A stretch of DNA of 64,000 bases from a virus: the IMG/VR virus record IMGVR_UViG_3300045972_000291, positions 377-64,376 of that record; one strand, written 5' to 3'. How positions within the stretch are numbered: the first letter of the stretch is position 1; the number at the start of each line of letters is the position of its first letter. The notes below the pieces were generated by a model. It was not told the DNA's origin. It did not search any database and saw nothing but the letters and a program-made list of their open reading frames with translations. Position numbers and translations under genes: made by a program. This document shows positions 1 to 8,672 of the stretch, piece by piece.

Positions 1-820
1 ACTGGAAGGGTTCGCCCCATTCCGAAATCAGGAATGTCTTCTGGCTTTTCGGGATTTCCGCCAGCAGGGCCTTGAGTTCGGGCAAGAGGGGTAGGACCAG
101 CGTGACGGGTTTACGGTCCTTGTTCTTGGCTTGCGTGAAAATGATCTCATCGCCGACGATATGTTTCGGGCCGAATCGGGCGACGTCCGAAATGCGCTGG
201 CCGGTGAAATAGAACAACGCGAGCGCCAGGTGCGCCTTGGTCCCTGGCGGATGCCACGCGACGAATTGCGCCAGTTCGGCTTGCGTCCATGTGTGATGGC
301 CGCCGCTCGCGGTTTTGAATCGCTCGACATCGCGCACCGGGTTCGGCTTGATCTTTTTCCATTTGAAAAGCTGGCTCAGGGTTTTGAGCCTGTGGTTGGC
401 CGCCTCGGGCGCGTGCATCTTGCGGTCACGCAGGACTTCGACCGCGTCGGCATTGAAATGCTCCATGGGCATATCGCCGTAAATGTCCGGGCTGTCCGGC
501 GTGATGGGCTCAAGGCAGCAAGAGTCGAGGACACGGCGGCGCTGATCTTTGGTCGCCCGGTTTAATCTCTGAAAATCGGCGGATGCCTGGTAGGCCGCGC
601 ACAATGCACGAAACGTGTCTTTTCCCGGTTTCGCGGTTTTTTTTGCTTTAGCCGGCGCGGGCTTGACGATCAGGGCGGCGTGGTATTCAGCCCACCATTC
701 CGGGCTCGGAAATTTCGACTGGAAGCGATATTTGGGCTGGCCGGCGCGCCGGAAATAGACCCTGACATTGCCATGCCGGTCTATGTCTTCGATCACATAG
801 CGCGGGTAATCCCCCGGCAT
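1..820 (-). CDS. int: Tyrosine recombinase (phage integrase), 3' end truncated by window edge
   Basis: Translated by hand (absent from ORF track): MPGDYPRYVIEDIDRHGNVRVYFRR... open to position 1; contains ALALFYFTGQRISDV (catalytic Arg box). Confidence 0.93.
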   Translation of the reverse strand, partial: MPGDYPRYVIEDIDRHGNVRVYFRRAGQPKYRFQSKFPSPEWWAEYHAALIVKPAPAKAKKTAKPGKDTFRALCAAYQASADFQRLNRATKDQRRRVLDSCCLEPITPDSPDIYGDMPMEHFNADAVEVLRDRKMHAPEAANHRLKTLSQLFKWKKIKPNPVRDVERFKTASGGHHTWTQAELAQFVAWHPPGTKAHLALALFYFTGQRISDVARFGPKHIVGDEIIFTQAKNKDRKPVTLVLPLLPELKALLAEIPKSQKTFLISEWGEPFQ

Positions 821-832
821 AAGCGCGCCCCA

Positions 833-1141
833 TCATGCCTTTGGCCTCCACCTGTCGGGGGCGTCCACCTTTTCAACCGCCGCGCCTTTGCGGGGCAAGC
901 GGCGAAAGGCCGTAATAAGCTCCTCGGCGTCCCAGATCAGGCGCCCGGCCAACTGGCGCGGGGAGGGGAGTGAACCACTATCCACAGCGGCATGGAAGAG
1001 GGTTTCGCTCACGCCGATGAATGTGGCCGCCTCCTCCGACGAGAGGCCGATGGGGTCGCGCGGGCAGTCAATCAGCTTTCTGGCGCGCGGGCGGCTCATT
1101 GTTGGTCTTTCCGTAAATGGGCTATCCAATTCATCGGTCAC
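833..1141 (-). CDS. Excisionase / AlpA-like HTH protein
   Basis: GLSSEEAATFIGVSETLFHAAVDSGSLPSPRQLAGRLIWD motif, directly upstream of int; start may be MSRPRA at 1099. Confidence 0.8.
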   Translation of the reverse strand: MTDELDSPFTERPTMSRPRARKLIDCPRDPIGLSSEEAATFIGVSETLFHAAVDSGSLPSPRQLAGRLIWDAEELITAFRRLPRKGAAVEKVDAPDRWRPKA

Positions 1142-1410
1142 GCCCTACCTTCCGCCGGGATGACTTCGAGCGGGTCGTGACGCCCCGCGTTGATGTCACC
1201 CAGGACTTGCGTCCCGATTGCATCCATCGCCCTCATCATGGCCGGAGTGATGCCCCACGAGCGACATCCGACACGTTCAGTGTCGAATTGGATGAGGACG
1301 ACGCCGGCCAGTCCATGGCGCTTGGCCAGCTCTCCGAGCTCGCGCTGAAGGCTGTCCTTTGGGTTGATAGTCTCTCTGTAATCCGGCAGCTTATTGAGCG
1401 TTTTGGTCAT
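1138..1410 (-). CDS. Hypothetical protein
   Basis: Overlapping stop/start coupling with neighbours in the leftward operon. Confidence 0.7.
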   Translation of the reverse strand: MTKTLNKLPDYRETINPKDSLQRELGELAKRHGLAGVVLIQFDTERVGCRSWGITPAMMRAMDAIGTQVLGDINAGRHDPLEVIPAEGRA

Positions 1411-1613
1411 CAGATCAGTCCTTTATCTCGCGCGAGCCATTCCGGGAGGGTGATTTTCGCGAAGCCGGGCTTGGGCTGGTCGCGCTCGATTTCGATCTGG
1501 CTCAAGGGGAGCCAAGCCGTCTTGATCCCGTCGTTGACGCGCACGGCTTTGGGCGATTCGAATTCAAGACCCACGGTCAGGTCGATGAGGTCGGAGCGGG
1601 CGAAGGCGCTCAT
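1410..1613 (-). CDS. Small hypothetical phage protein
   Basis: Coupled ORF; ESPKAVRV...WLPLSQIEI pattern seen in small phage beta-barrel proteins. Confidence 0.7.
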   Translation of the reverse strand: MSAFARSDLIDLTVGLEFESPKAVRVNDGIKTAWLPLSQIEIERDQPKPGFAKITLPEWLARDKGLI

Positions 1614-2041
1614 CGGCCGCCTCGCACGAATTTTCCGGCCTCGGCGTCGAAGCTCCAGACTTCGTCGTGCCAGGTGTAGAAATTCAGGACGTAGCAGCCA
1701 GGATCGGGAACGAAATTCGCGACAAGATTTTCGACCGAATCGTCCATGCTATCAGGGTCATCGTCGATCATGACATGCTGCGCGCCTTCGGGCGCCGGGG
1801 GATCGCAGGTCCACGCCCCGCCTTTCGCGACAGTAAGCGTCGCGTCGGGAAATTCTTCGAGTCGAGAGAAGGGGACAGCTTCGCCGTGGGCGACCGCGAC
1901 GTCGCTTTCCTCGTCTTCATACGCCGCGCCGCTCGTGAGGAAATATTTGCCGTCGCGGTGAACGAGCCAGTCATCGGGCGTCGCGCGCGGCGGCGGGGTG
2001 ACTTCGTCGGCGAAGCATGTGGGGACGTAGTCTTTTGTCAC
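1610..2041 (-). CDS. Hypothetical acidic protein
   Basis: Coupled ORF (ATGA overlaps at both ends). Confidence 0.7.
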   Translation of the reverse strand: MTKDYVPTCFADEVTPPPRATPDDWLVHRDGKYFLTSGAAYEDEESDVAVAHGEAVPFSRLEEFPDATLTVAKGGAWTCDPPAPEGAQHVMIDDDPDSMDDSVENLVANFVPDPGCYVLNFYTWHDEVWSFDAEAGKFVRGGR

Positions 2042-2982
2042 TGCGGAAACTCCTTGTGTTGGACGCCATCGAGAAGGGAGCCGGCGCGGCGCTTGCCGAC
2101 GCGGACCACCGCTTGGCCGGGCGCCATGAAAGCCGCGACCGTTTCCCTAAATCCGTATGCGCGGAACGAAAATCCGTCCCACCTTCTCATCGTACCGAAA
2201 GCGGAAACCGGGAAGGGTGGATCGACCGCGCCGGTTTCCGACAATGTCACCGGCATCCATTCGCCCCATTGCTTGAAGAAAAACGGGACGCCCGCCGCCG
2301 CGCATTGATCGCGCAGGGATCGGAACCAGTCGGGATGTGAGGGGCGCGCGGCCGGGCCGCTTTCGCCGCCGGCGATGACCCAGTCGAGGCCGGGGCCGCA
2401 ATCCAGATCGGGCAGATAACCGCTCACGTCCATCGGCCCAAGCATCGGCTCGATAGAAAGCCCGATGCGAGAGACGACGCCGGCGCCCTTGAGCGCGAGC
2501 AGCTTCGGCACGTCGCGGTCGGCCTCGGCTTGGTTGCAGACCGTAGCGAGCAGGATGACGTTCGGGCGGAAATTGTCGCCCGGCGCCATATCCCAATGGC
2601 TTCCTTTTTTGACGTTTCCGACCCGCTTGGTGACGATGATGATTTCCAGATCAGGGCAGGCCCGCAGTTCCGACCAAAGATCGTCACGCCATTCGAGAGG
2701 CACGGCATTGTCGAAAACATCGGCCTGGCTGGCGATGAACACCCGCTGTTTACGCCCATGCTCGGCGATGAACGCGGGCGCCTTGGCGTTCCACTTCCTC
2801 AAGTTTTTCCAATAGACCGGCGTCGTGCGCTTGCGCTCGGCGCCAACGCCCCAATGCGCGCCGCCGAAACGCTTGTCCTGCGCCTCGGCATAGCAATTGT
2901 CGCAACCCGGCCCGACCTTCGTGCATCCAATCCACGGATTGAAGGTCGAGTCCGTCCATGAAATTCCAGTCGTCTCGCCCAT
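2038..2982 (-). CDS. Phage Gp37/Gp68 (DUF5131) family, radical-SAM-like
   Basis: Start MGETTGISWTDSTFNPWIGCTKVGPGCDNCYAE; LSIEPMLGP, DWVIAGGESGPAARP and FFFKQWGEW motifs. Confidence 0.9.
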   Translation of the reverse strand: MGETTGISWTDSTFNPWIGCTKVGPGCDNCYAEAQDKRFGGAHWGVGAERKRTTPVYWKNLRKWNAKAPAFIAEHGRKQRVFIASQADVFDNAVPLEWRDDLWSELRACPDLEIIIVTKRVGNVKKGSHWDMAPGDNFRPNVILLATVCNQAEADRDVPKLLALKGAGVVSRIGLSIEPMLGPMDVSGYLPDLDCGPGLDWVIAGGESGPAARPSHPDWFRSLRDQCAAAGVPFFFKQWGEWMPVTLSETGAVDPPFPVSAFGTMRRWDGFSFRAYGFRETVAAFMAPGQAVVRVGKRRAGSLLDGVQHKEFPQ

Positions 2983-3164
2983 TATTGGCCGCCTCCGGTC
3001 TCTTCGCCGACCTCGGCATCGACGCGGGATTGGAGGTCGCGTAGCGCGCGGCGCTCGCAAGCGTTCAAAACCACCTCGATGCCGCTGTAGACGACCACCA
3101 AAAGCACAAAGCCCAAGGCTATTTGCAGGCCCGGAGACAGGGAGGAAAGATAATCAGCCATCAT
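2982..3164 (-). CDS. Small membrane protein
   Basis: MMADYL start with strong SD (GGAAAAGGAG); one hydrophobic segment. Confidence 0.7.
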   Translation of the reverse strand: MMADYLSSLSPGLQIALGFVLLVVVYSGIEVVLNACERRALRDLQSRVDAEVGEETGGGQ

Positions 3165-3207
3165 TGATCTCCTTTTCCGCAATTCGGACAGCGCGCGAGC
3201 ATCGGCG

Positions 3208-5271
3208 TCATTCCGCTGCTTCGAATAGGGTTGGAAGTTCCGCCTTGGCGCGGGACTTTTTGCGCGTCGGTTTGGCGTCTTCGTCCGGTGTGTAATTCGC
3301 GGCGACAAGGGCCTTGGCCATGACGGGGCTGACGCTGTTGCCGCACATGCGGACCGAGGCCGTGCCGGTCAGTTTTGTGCCGTCCGGGCGGCGGTCGATC
3401 ACGTAGGAATCGGGGAAGCCCTGGGCGCGGAAAAGTTCGCGCGGGCGCAACATTCGCATGCCGATATCGACGATCTCATAAGGCTCGCCGTGGACCATCA
3501 CGAGGCCGAAGCGGTCGCGGGTCGGGACGGTGTGCATCGGCTCGGCCGGGCTGACGCCGTCCTTGTCGTTGCCGTAATATTTGACCAGGAAGGCGCGCAC
3601 CTCGGCGCTGTGCGTGCCCTGCGCCGTCACGGTCGGATGCGGAACTTCGATGTCGCTGGCTCGGCGATCCGAGCCCTTGAGGCTCAAGAGATGTGCCGAA
3701 ACCACGCCCTGTTGCGCGCCGGTCGCGGTGACCGTCGAGACCGGTTCGTCCGCCGGGCGCGAGCCGGGGCATTTGCCGCCATTATGCTGGGCGAGGAAGG
3801 CCGCGACGACGCCGATAGGAGCGGCGCCGCCCGGGCGCTTGATGAAACTGTTCGCGGTGATGGTATGCAGCGGCTCGTCGGCGCCGGAGCCGACCGATCC
3901 GGTGTTGAACTTGGTGATATGCGCCGCGACGACGCCGTGACGCGGCGCGCCGGCCATGACGGTATGCAGCGGCTCGTCGGGCAGATGGCCGACTGAGTTC
4001 TCGCTGAACTTGGTCAGGTGGACGGCGGCGAGGACGGAATCGGCCTTGGTGGTCACCGTCTGCAGGGGTTCGTCCGCCGAGCGCGGTCGCGATTGGCCGG
4101 CGCGACCGCCGCAACCGGCGATGACGGGCACGACGATCGCGTTCTGGTCCTTCTGCGACGCGGTGATCGTGTGCAGCGGAGCATCGGCAGGGCGGTTCGC
4201 CCCGCCGTGCTGGGCGTAGGTGACAAAAGGAGCCGGCTCAAGAACGGTCTCAACGAGGGCGTGCTTAACGCCCCCGGCGACGACGGTGCCAAGTGGCTTA
4301 TCAATGCCGGGGACACGTGGCGACTGCCCGGCGCGCTCACCATAGCCGGTCTGGATGATTGTCGGCACGACGAGACCGTGCGCGATCCCGCCGCCCGTCA
4401 CCGTGCCGAGGGGCTCTTCCATAGGATATTCGCGGCGCCCGCCTGAAAAACCGTGCGCGACGGAAATGATGAAAGGCTCGGCCGCGTCGATGACATAGCG
4501 CTGCACGCCCTTGGCGATGCGCGCCATGGTCGCCTCGGCCAGCGGGCGGTTGACGCCGACGGCGCGGCCTTCCTCGCGCGTCAGGAAAATGCTGTGGCAG
4601 GGCAGCGTCCAGTCGATGATTTCCGCCGCCGTGCGCCAGGGCTGGAGCTTGCCGCTTTGGACCTCTTCGGATTTCGGATTGCCATGCGTCGGCGTCGGCC
4701 AGACGATGGGGCGGCCATCGCAGCGGGCAGCGAGAAACAGGCGCTTACGGATGGTGGGCGCGCCATAGTCGCAGGCGCGCAGTTGGCGCCACTCGACCTT
4801 GTAGCCGAGCTTTTTGAACTCGCCGACCCATTTGCGGAAGGTCTCGCCCTTGCGGCCCTCGGCGGGCCGGTCGGTCTCGTCGAGCGGGCACCAATCCTGA
4901 AACTCTTCGACGTTTTCGAGCAGGATCACGCGCGGGCGGCGGCGTTGCGCCCAGAGGACAACAACCCACGCCAGGTCGCGGATGTTGCGCGAGAGCGGTT
5001 TGCCGCCCTTGGCCTTCGAGTGGTGTTTGCAATCCGGGCTGAACCAGGCGAGGCCGATTGGACGGCCCGGCATGACTGCATCGGGATCGATCTGCCAGAT
5101 GTTCGAATTCAGGTGCAGCGTGTGCGGGTGGTTGACCTCGTGCATGGCCAGCGCGTCGGCGTCGTGATTGATCGCGACGTCCGGCGAACGTCCGAGCGCC
5201 ATTTCGATGCCGGTCGAGGCGCCGCCGCCGCCAGCGAACGAGTCGAGAATGATTTCGCGCGGTGCGTTCAC
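3208..5271 (-). CDS. DNA cytosine-C5 methyltransferase with repeated variable region
   Basis: DSFAGGGGAS (motif I), FSPDCKHHS (catalytic Cys), ENV, RKR, QGFP and CGNSV motifs. Confidence 0.95.
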   Translation of the reverse strand: MNAPREIILDSFAGGGGASTGIEMALGRSPDVAINHDADALAMHEVNHPHTLHLNSNIWQIDPDAVMPGRPIGLAWFSPDCKHHSKAKGGKPLSRNIRDLAWVVVLWAQRRRPRVILLENVEEFQDWCPLDETDRPAEGRKGETFRKWVGEFKKLGYKVEWRQLRACDYGAPTIRKRLFLAARCDGRPIVWPTPTHGNPKSEEVQSGKLQPWRTAAEIIDWTLPCHSIFLTREEGRAVGVNRPLAEATMARIAKGVQRYVIDAAEPFIISVAHGFSGGRREYPMEEPLGTVTGGGIAHGLVVPTIIQTGYGERAGQSPRVPGIDKPLGTVVAGGVKHALVETVLEPAPFVTYAQHGGANRPADAPLHTITASQKDQNAIVVPVIAGCGGRAGQSRPRSADEPLQTVTTKADSVLAAVHLTKFSENSVGHLPDEPLHTVMAGAPRHGVVAAHITKFNTGSVGSGADEPLHTITANSFIKRPGGAAPIGVVAAFLAQHNGGKCPGSRPADEPVSTVTATGAQQGVVSAHLLSLKGSDRRASDIEVPHPTVTAQGTHSAEVRAFLVKYYGNDKDGVSPAEPMHTVPTRDRFGLVMVHGEPYEIVDIGMRMLRPRELFRAQGFPDSYVIDRRPDGTKLTGTASVRMCGNSVSPVMAKALVAANYTPDEDAKPTRKKSRAKAELPTLFEAAE

Positions 5272-5843
5272 GATGTCATCTCCCTATCCGCTTCGGCCTT
5301 GGCCTCATTCAGTTCCGCCATGGCGCCAGCAGAGCCACCCGTATCGGGGTGACGCTCTTTCGCCAGAGCGCGATACCGGGCCTCGATTTCTGTCCGGCTG
5401 CCGGCAAAGCTGGATGAAAATCCGAAGACTTCTCGCCAGGTCTTTTTTGCCGGCGCCGGCAGGGCGATAAATCCCTTCATCGTCGCGTGAACGAGCGCCA
5501 GCGTCCCGTGACGGAGCTCGACCCGGCGCGCCTCGATGATGTGGTAAATTGCCTGCAGGTTGGCCTCGACCGTCGCGTATCGGTCAACTGCGATGCAGAC
5601 CTGCAGACCGTCCCATGTGAACCACGCCGCCACGCCAGGGTCTTGCGGCCGCTCGGCGCCAAGAGACACGTTTGACGACAAAACGATGTGCTCCAGCTTC
5701 CGTCCGCTATCGCGGCCAAAGGCGACGAGCGATCCCTGAACATTCTTCAGGGCGCCGGAGAGCGATGTCTTGAACTGGCCCTTTTCCCGCGATCTCGTGC
5801 GTGGGAAGCCCTCGGGCCACTGAAGAGGATAGGCCTGCGTCAT
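5268..5843 (-). CDS. Phage J-domain (DnaJ-like) protein
   Basis: Start MTQAYPLQWPEGFPRT; C-terminal RYRALAKERHPDTGG (HPD motif). Confidence 0.85.
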   Translation of the reverse strand: MTQAYPLQWPEGFPRTRSREKGQFKTSLSGALKNVQGSLVAFGRDSGRKLEHIVLSSNVSLGAERPQDPGVAAWFTWDGLQVCIAVDRYATVEANLQAIYHIIEARRVELRHGTLALVHATMKGFIALPAPAKKTWREVFGFSSSFAGSRTEIEARYRALAKERHPDTGGSAGAMAELNEAKAEADREMTS

Positions 5844-6052
5844 ATCGCAATCCCCAGATGCGCAAACCGCTTCACCCGCGACCGATCCGGCACGCATGGT
5901 GTTTGCGGCTCGATCCGATGAAAGACCGGGATATTCGGTCGGGACCGGATTTCGACGATCTCGGAAACCGACCAAGCAAAGACTACGAACGCCAGCGCGG
6001 TCATGAAGCGCAGGGCGATGTCGGTGAGGGCGGAACGGGTGCGGTGGGTCAT
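5840..6052 (-). CDS. Small membrane protein
   Basis: Coupled ORF; hydrophobic IALRFMTALAFVVFAW. Confidence 0.6.
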   Translation of the reverse strand: MTHRTRSALTDIALRFMTALAFVVFAWSVSEIVEIRSRPNIPVFHRIEPQTPCVPDRSRVKRFAHLGIAI

Positions 6053-7119
6053 TTGCTGACAACCGAATAATGGGTGCGTCGTACTTCTCCCAACGTCGCG
6101 TCACCGCGTAAAAATGGGTTCCACCAAAACACGCCACCTTTCCGAACCTTGAAATGGCCCATAACGATATGTTGTCTAATCTCTGACGGGCTCGCATTGG
6201 CGCTCTCTGCGCGGCGCGCGTCATTCCTGGATAGATTGATTTCGACTGATGAATAAGAGAGGAATGGTTTTTTATTCCCTGCGTTACGGGCTTTATTAAA
6301 CTTAGATAACTCGACCTTTTCAGTAGATACGCAGTTACGACTGTTCATCATGCATATAATTGCAATTATCTTTTGATATTCCCCTTCCCAGTCTTGAGAA
6401 GAAGCCTTCATCATTCGGTCAAATTGGCTGTGATTTGCCTTTCGAACCGTTTCACAAAACTTTTCTGTATAAGGAGTAAAGGTAGGAATGCGATTACGAT
6501 TCAACTGGCGCATCGCTTCCATTTCTGTCTTGTTCGTGCTGAATTTTGTATATGATCCGCGCGGAATTGGCTCCGCAGGCGGGTTGATAGTTAACGGCCA
6601 ATCACGATCCCAATTGATAACATATCCAATAGACGAAATTTCGACCGGATACCCTATCTTGGCCCGCACATCTTTCGCGGTTGCCCCATTTTCTTGGCGC
6701 AATGCTTTGGCAAACAGACTAGATGATGGCGAGTGAGCCCAGACAAGTGTTAGTCCAAACCGCCGGTACGTTTCATCTAGGCATTCAGCTAGAAAACCCA
6801 TACGCACCGGGGCTTCAACGTCTAATTCTGGGTTCCAATGGTCCATTTTAAGCGTTCGGGTATCATTACCTGTTGACCACTCAAACCATGTTGTTTGAAA
6901 CGGTATGCGACAAAATTTAGTCGCTTCGAGCAGTGAAGACGGCCTCGATTTAGACAACTTTTCGCAAGCAGTTAGTGCGGTTTCGGAAAATACAAATCTT
7001 TGTGCTTCATTAATTCTTGTCGCCAACGCGCTGATGCCGCCACTCATTGCATCATCTAAAGATTTACCAACCGCCATGTGGACAAAATCTGCGAGTGTGG
7101 GCTCATGCTTTTTCATCAC
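6049..7119 (-). CDS. Hypothetical protein, AT-rich relative to neighbours
   Basis: 356-aa ORF coupled at both ends; C-terminal RQHIVMGHFKVRKGGVFWWNPFLRGD. Confidence 0.8.
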   Translation of the reverse strand: MMKKHEPTLADFVHMAVGKSLDDAMSGGISALATRINEAQRFVFSETALTACEKLSKSRPSSLLEATKFCRIPFQTTWFEWSTGNDTRTLKMDHWNPELDVEAPVRMGFLAECLDETYRRFGLTLVWAHSPSSSLFAKALRQENGATAKDVRAKIGYPVEISSIGYVINWDRDWPLTINPPAEPIPRGSYTKFSTNKTEMEAMRQLNRNRIPTFTPYTEKFCETVRKANHSQFDRMMKASSQDWEGEYQKIIAIICMMNSRNCVSTEKVELSKFNKARNAGNKKPFLSYSSVEINLSRNDARRAESANASPSEIRQHIVMGHFKVRKGGVFWWNPFLRGDATLGEVRRTHYSVVSK

Positions 7120-7400
7120 GCCGCATCCTTCAACTTGCCGGCCTCAGCCAACCCGCGCGCCGTCGCCTTGATCGTCAGCGACTCCGGGTCTTTCGGGTCG
7201 TCGATCATCTCGACCAGGCCGAAGGCGGAAAGCGTCGCGATATCGGAAATCCTGATCCGGACGCCGGACTCCTTGGTCGCGGCATTGGCGAAAAAGAACA
7301 GCTGGCGCCGCTCGCCGTTGGTCGCCCATTCGGTCGAAAGGGTCAGGGGCTCGGTGGTGAGCGCGGATAGGGCTGCGGTTTGGGTCTGGGAAAGGGCCAT
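7116..7400 (-). CDS. Hypothetical protein (possible winged helix)
   Basis: Coupled ORF; ATLSAFGLVE...IKATARG pattern. Confidence 0.65.
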   Translation of the reverse strand: MALSQTQTAALSALTTEPLTLSTEWATNGERRQLFFFANAATKESGVRIRISDIATLSAFGLVEMIDDPKDPESLTIKATARGLAEAGKLKDAA

Positions 7401-7403
7401 GGC

Positions 7404-8609
7404 TCAGGTCCTCACAGCTTCGATGTAAAACTTGGAATTGATGCCGTAGCTGGCGGCAATGACGTCGTGGGGCGTCCGGCCAGCGAGCGCGCCGAGCAGG
7501 AATTTGCGGCGCGATCCGTCCGGCTCAAGCGAGCCGTTCTGGACTTCGACGATGCGGATCACGTCGCCTTTGATATTTGCGGTCATCAGCCGGCGGGCGT
7601 GGCCGTTTCCGTCCACATCCTCGGCCACGACCTCGGCTATCGCGCGGATCGGATCGAACGCGGTGACCTCGCACATGATGCGGCGCAGTTCCGCGTTCGG
7701 CTCCGCCATGATGGATTCCGCCGTGATGCGCGCCTTGTCCGTGATGATCCACGAATGATCGTCAGGGATGCGGTAGCCGTGCCAGGAATAGAGGCCCCAT
7801 CCGGTGCCGGCATAGCGGATCGCCATGCCGTCTTCGGCGTGCAGCTGGCCGCCTTGATCGAGGTGGATTTCAGAAGGGCGTTCCGACGCGAAGCAGATGC
7901 CATCCAGCGTCCAGTAGAACCCCGCGCTCGCGGTCATTTCAAGAAAGTTGCGGTCTATGGCGACCGCGCACGCCTCGTTGAAATAATCCGCCCAGGCTGA
8001 ATATCCGGAATTCCAGAGTGAGCCGCCAAAGAAGGACCAACCCGCCGAGTCCACCGCCGAGCGCACCGCCGAGCCCACCGCCGAGCCCACCGCCGAGTCC
8101 ACCGCCGAGTACACCGCCGAGCGCACCGCCGAGCGCACCGCCGAGTCCACCGCCGAGCGCACCGCCGAGTCCACCGCCGAGTCCACCGCCGAGTCCACCG
8201 CCGAGCGCACCGCCGAGTCCACCGCCGAGTCCACCGCCGAGTCCACCGCCGAGCCCACCGCCGAGTACACCGCCGAGTACACCGCCGAGCGCACCGCCGA
8301 GCGCACCGCCGAGCCCACCGCCGAGTCCACCGCCGAGCGCACCGCGACGTTTTTATCGCCGCCCTCGACGAGTCGATGCTGGATGATCGCGGCGTAGCAA
8401 ACCGCACTCAAGGCGGCGCTGATCGGGCAAGGTAACCAGATGACACGCGGCTCTTTGAGCTTCGCCAGCGCGTAGAGGCCGCGAATGGCGCGCTCGGCGC
8501 GGTCGCGATCTGCGGATTTGGTCGAAAGCCCGATCTCCGTCCATTTTCGGACGAATTCTGGAAAACGCGCTTTCTGTTCAGGCGTCAACGACATGATTTT
8601 CTGAGACAT
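7404..8609 (-). CDS. DUF6745-like protein with central V-x-S-A tandem repeat
   Basis: Start MSQKIMSLTPEQ; ERPSEIHLDQGGQLHAEDGMAIRY...WGLYSWHG and AEPNAELRRIM motifs. Confidence 0.8.
   Translation of the reverse strand: MSQKIMSLTPEQKARFPEFVRKWTEIGLSTKSADRDRAERAIRGLYALAKLKEPRVIWLPCPISAALSAVCYAAIIQHRLVEGGDKNVAVRSAVDSAVGSAVRSAVRSAVYSAVYSAVGSAVDSAVDSAVDSAVRSAVDSAVDSAVDSAVRSAVDSAVRSAVRSAVYSAVDSAVGSAVGSAVRSAVDSAGWSFFGGSLWNSGYSAWADYFNEACAVAIDRNFLEMTASAGFYWTLDGICFASERPSEIHLDQGGQLHAEDGMAIRYAGTGWGLYSWHGYRIPDDHSWIITDKARITAESIMAEPNAELRRIMCEVTAFDPIRAIAEVVAEDVDGNGHARRLMTANIKGDVIRIVEVQNGSLEPDGSRRKFLLGALAGRTPHDVIAASYGINSKFYIEAVRT
8043..8342 (-). repeat. 25 tandem copies of a 12-bp unit GTG NNC TCG GCG (V-x-S-A)
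   Basis: Counted directly: 300 bp; variable codon is only GAC, CGC, GGC or TAC. Confidence 0.97.
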
Positions 8610-8672
8610 GATAAACCTCCAGCCAAATGCGGTTTGGAACGCCCGCCGCTCGGACGGGCGCGCAAACAGCAC

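Noticed and set aside
131-565. Plus-strand 144-aa ORF and other long antisense ORFs (e.g. 4453-5352, 26521-28323, 33511-34902, 34954-36441, 36380-37672)
   Set aside because: Antisense shadows of well-supported genes in high-GC DNA; no recognisable motifs
8043-8342. 12-bp tandem array as a CRISPR array
   Set aside because: No unique spacers, unit too short, in-frame within a CDS, no cas operon
7955-8407. Plus-strand ORFs 7955-8407 (Arg/Trp/Cys-rich) and 8018-8386 (extensin-like SPPP)
   Set aside because: Shadow translations of the minus-strand V-x-S-A repeat
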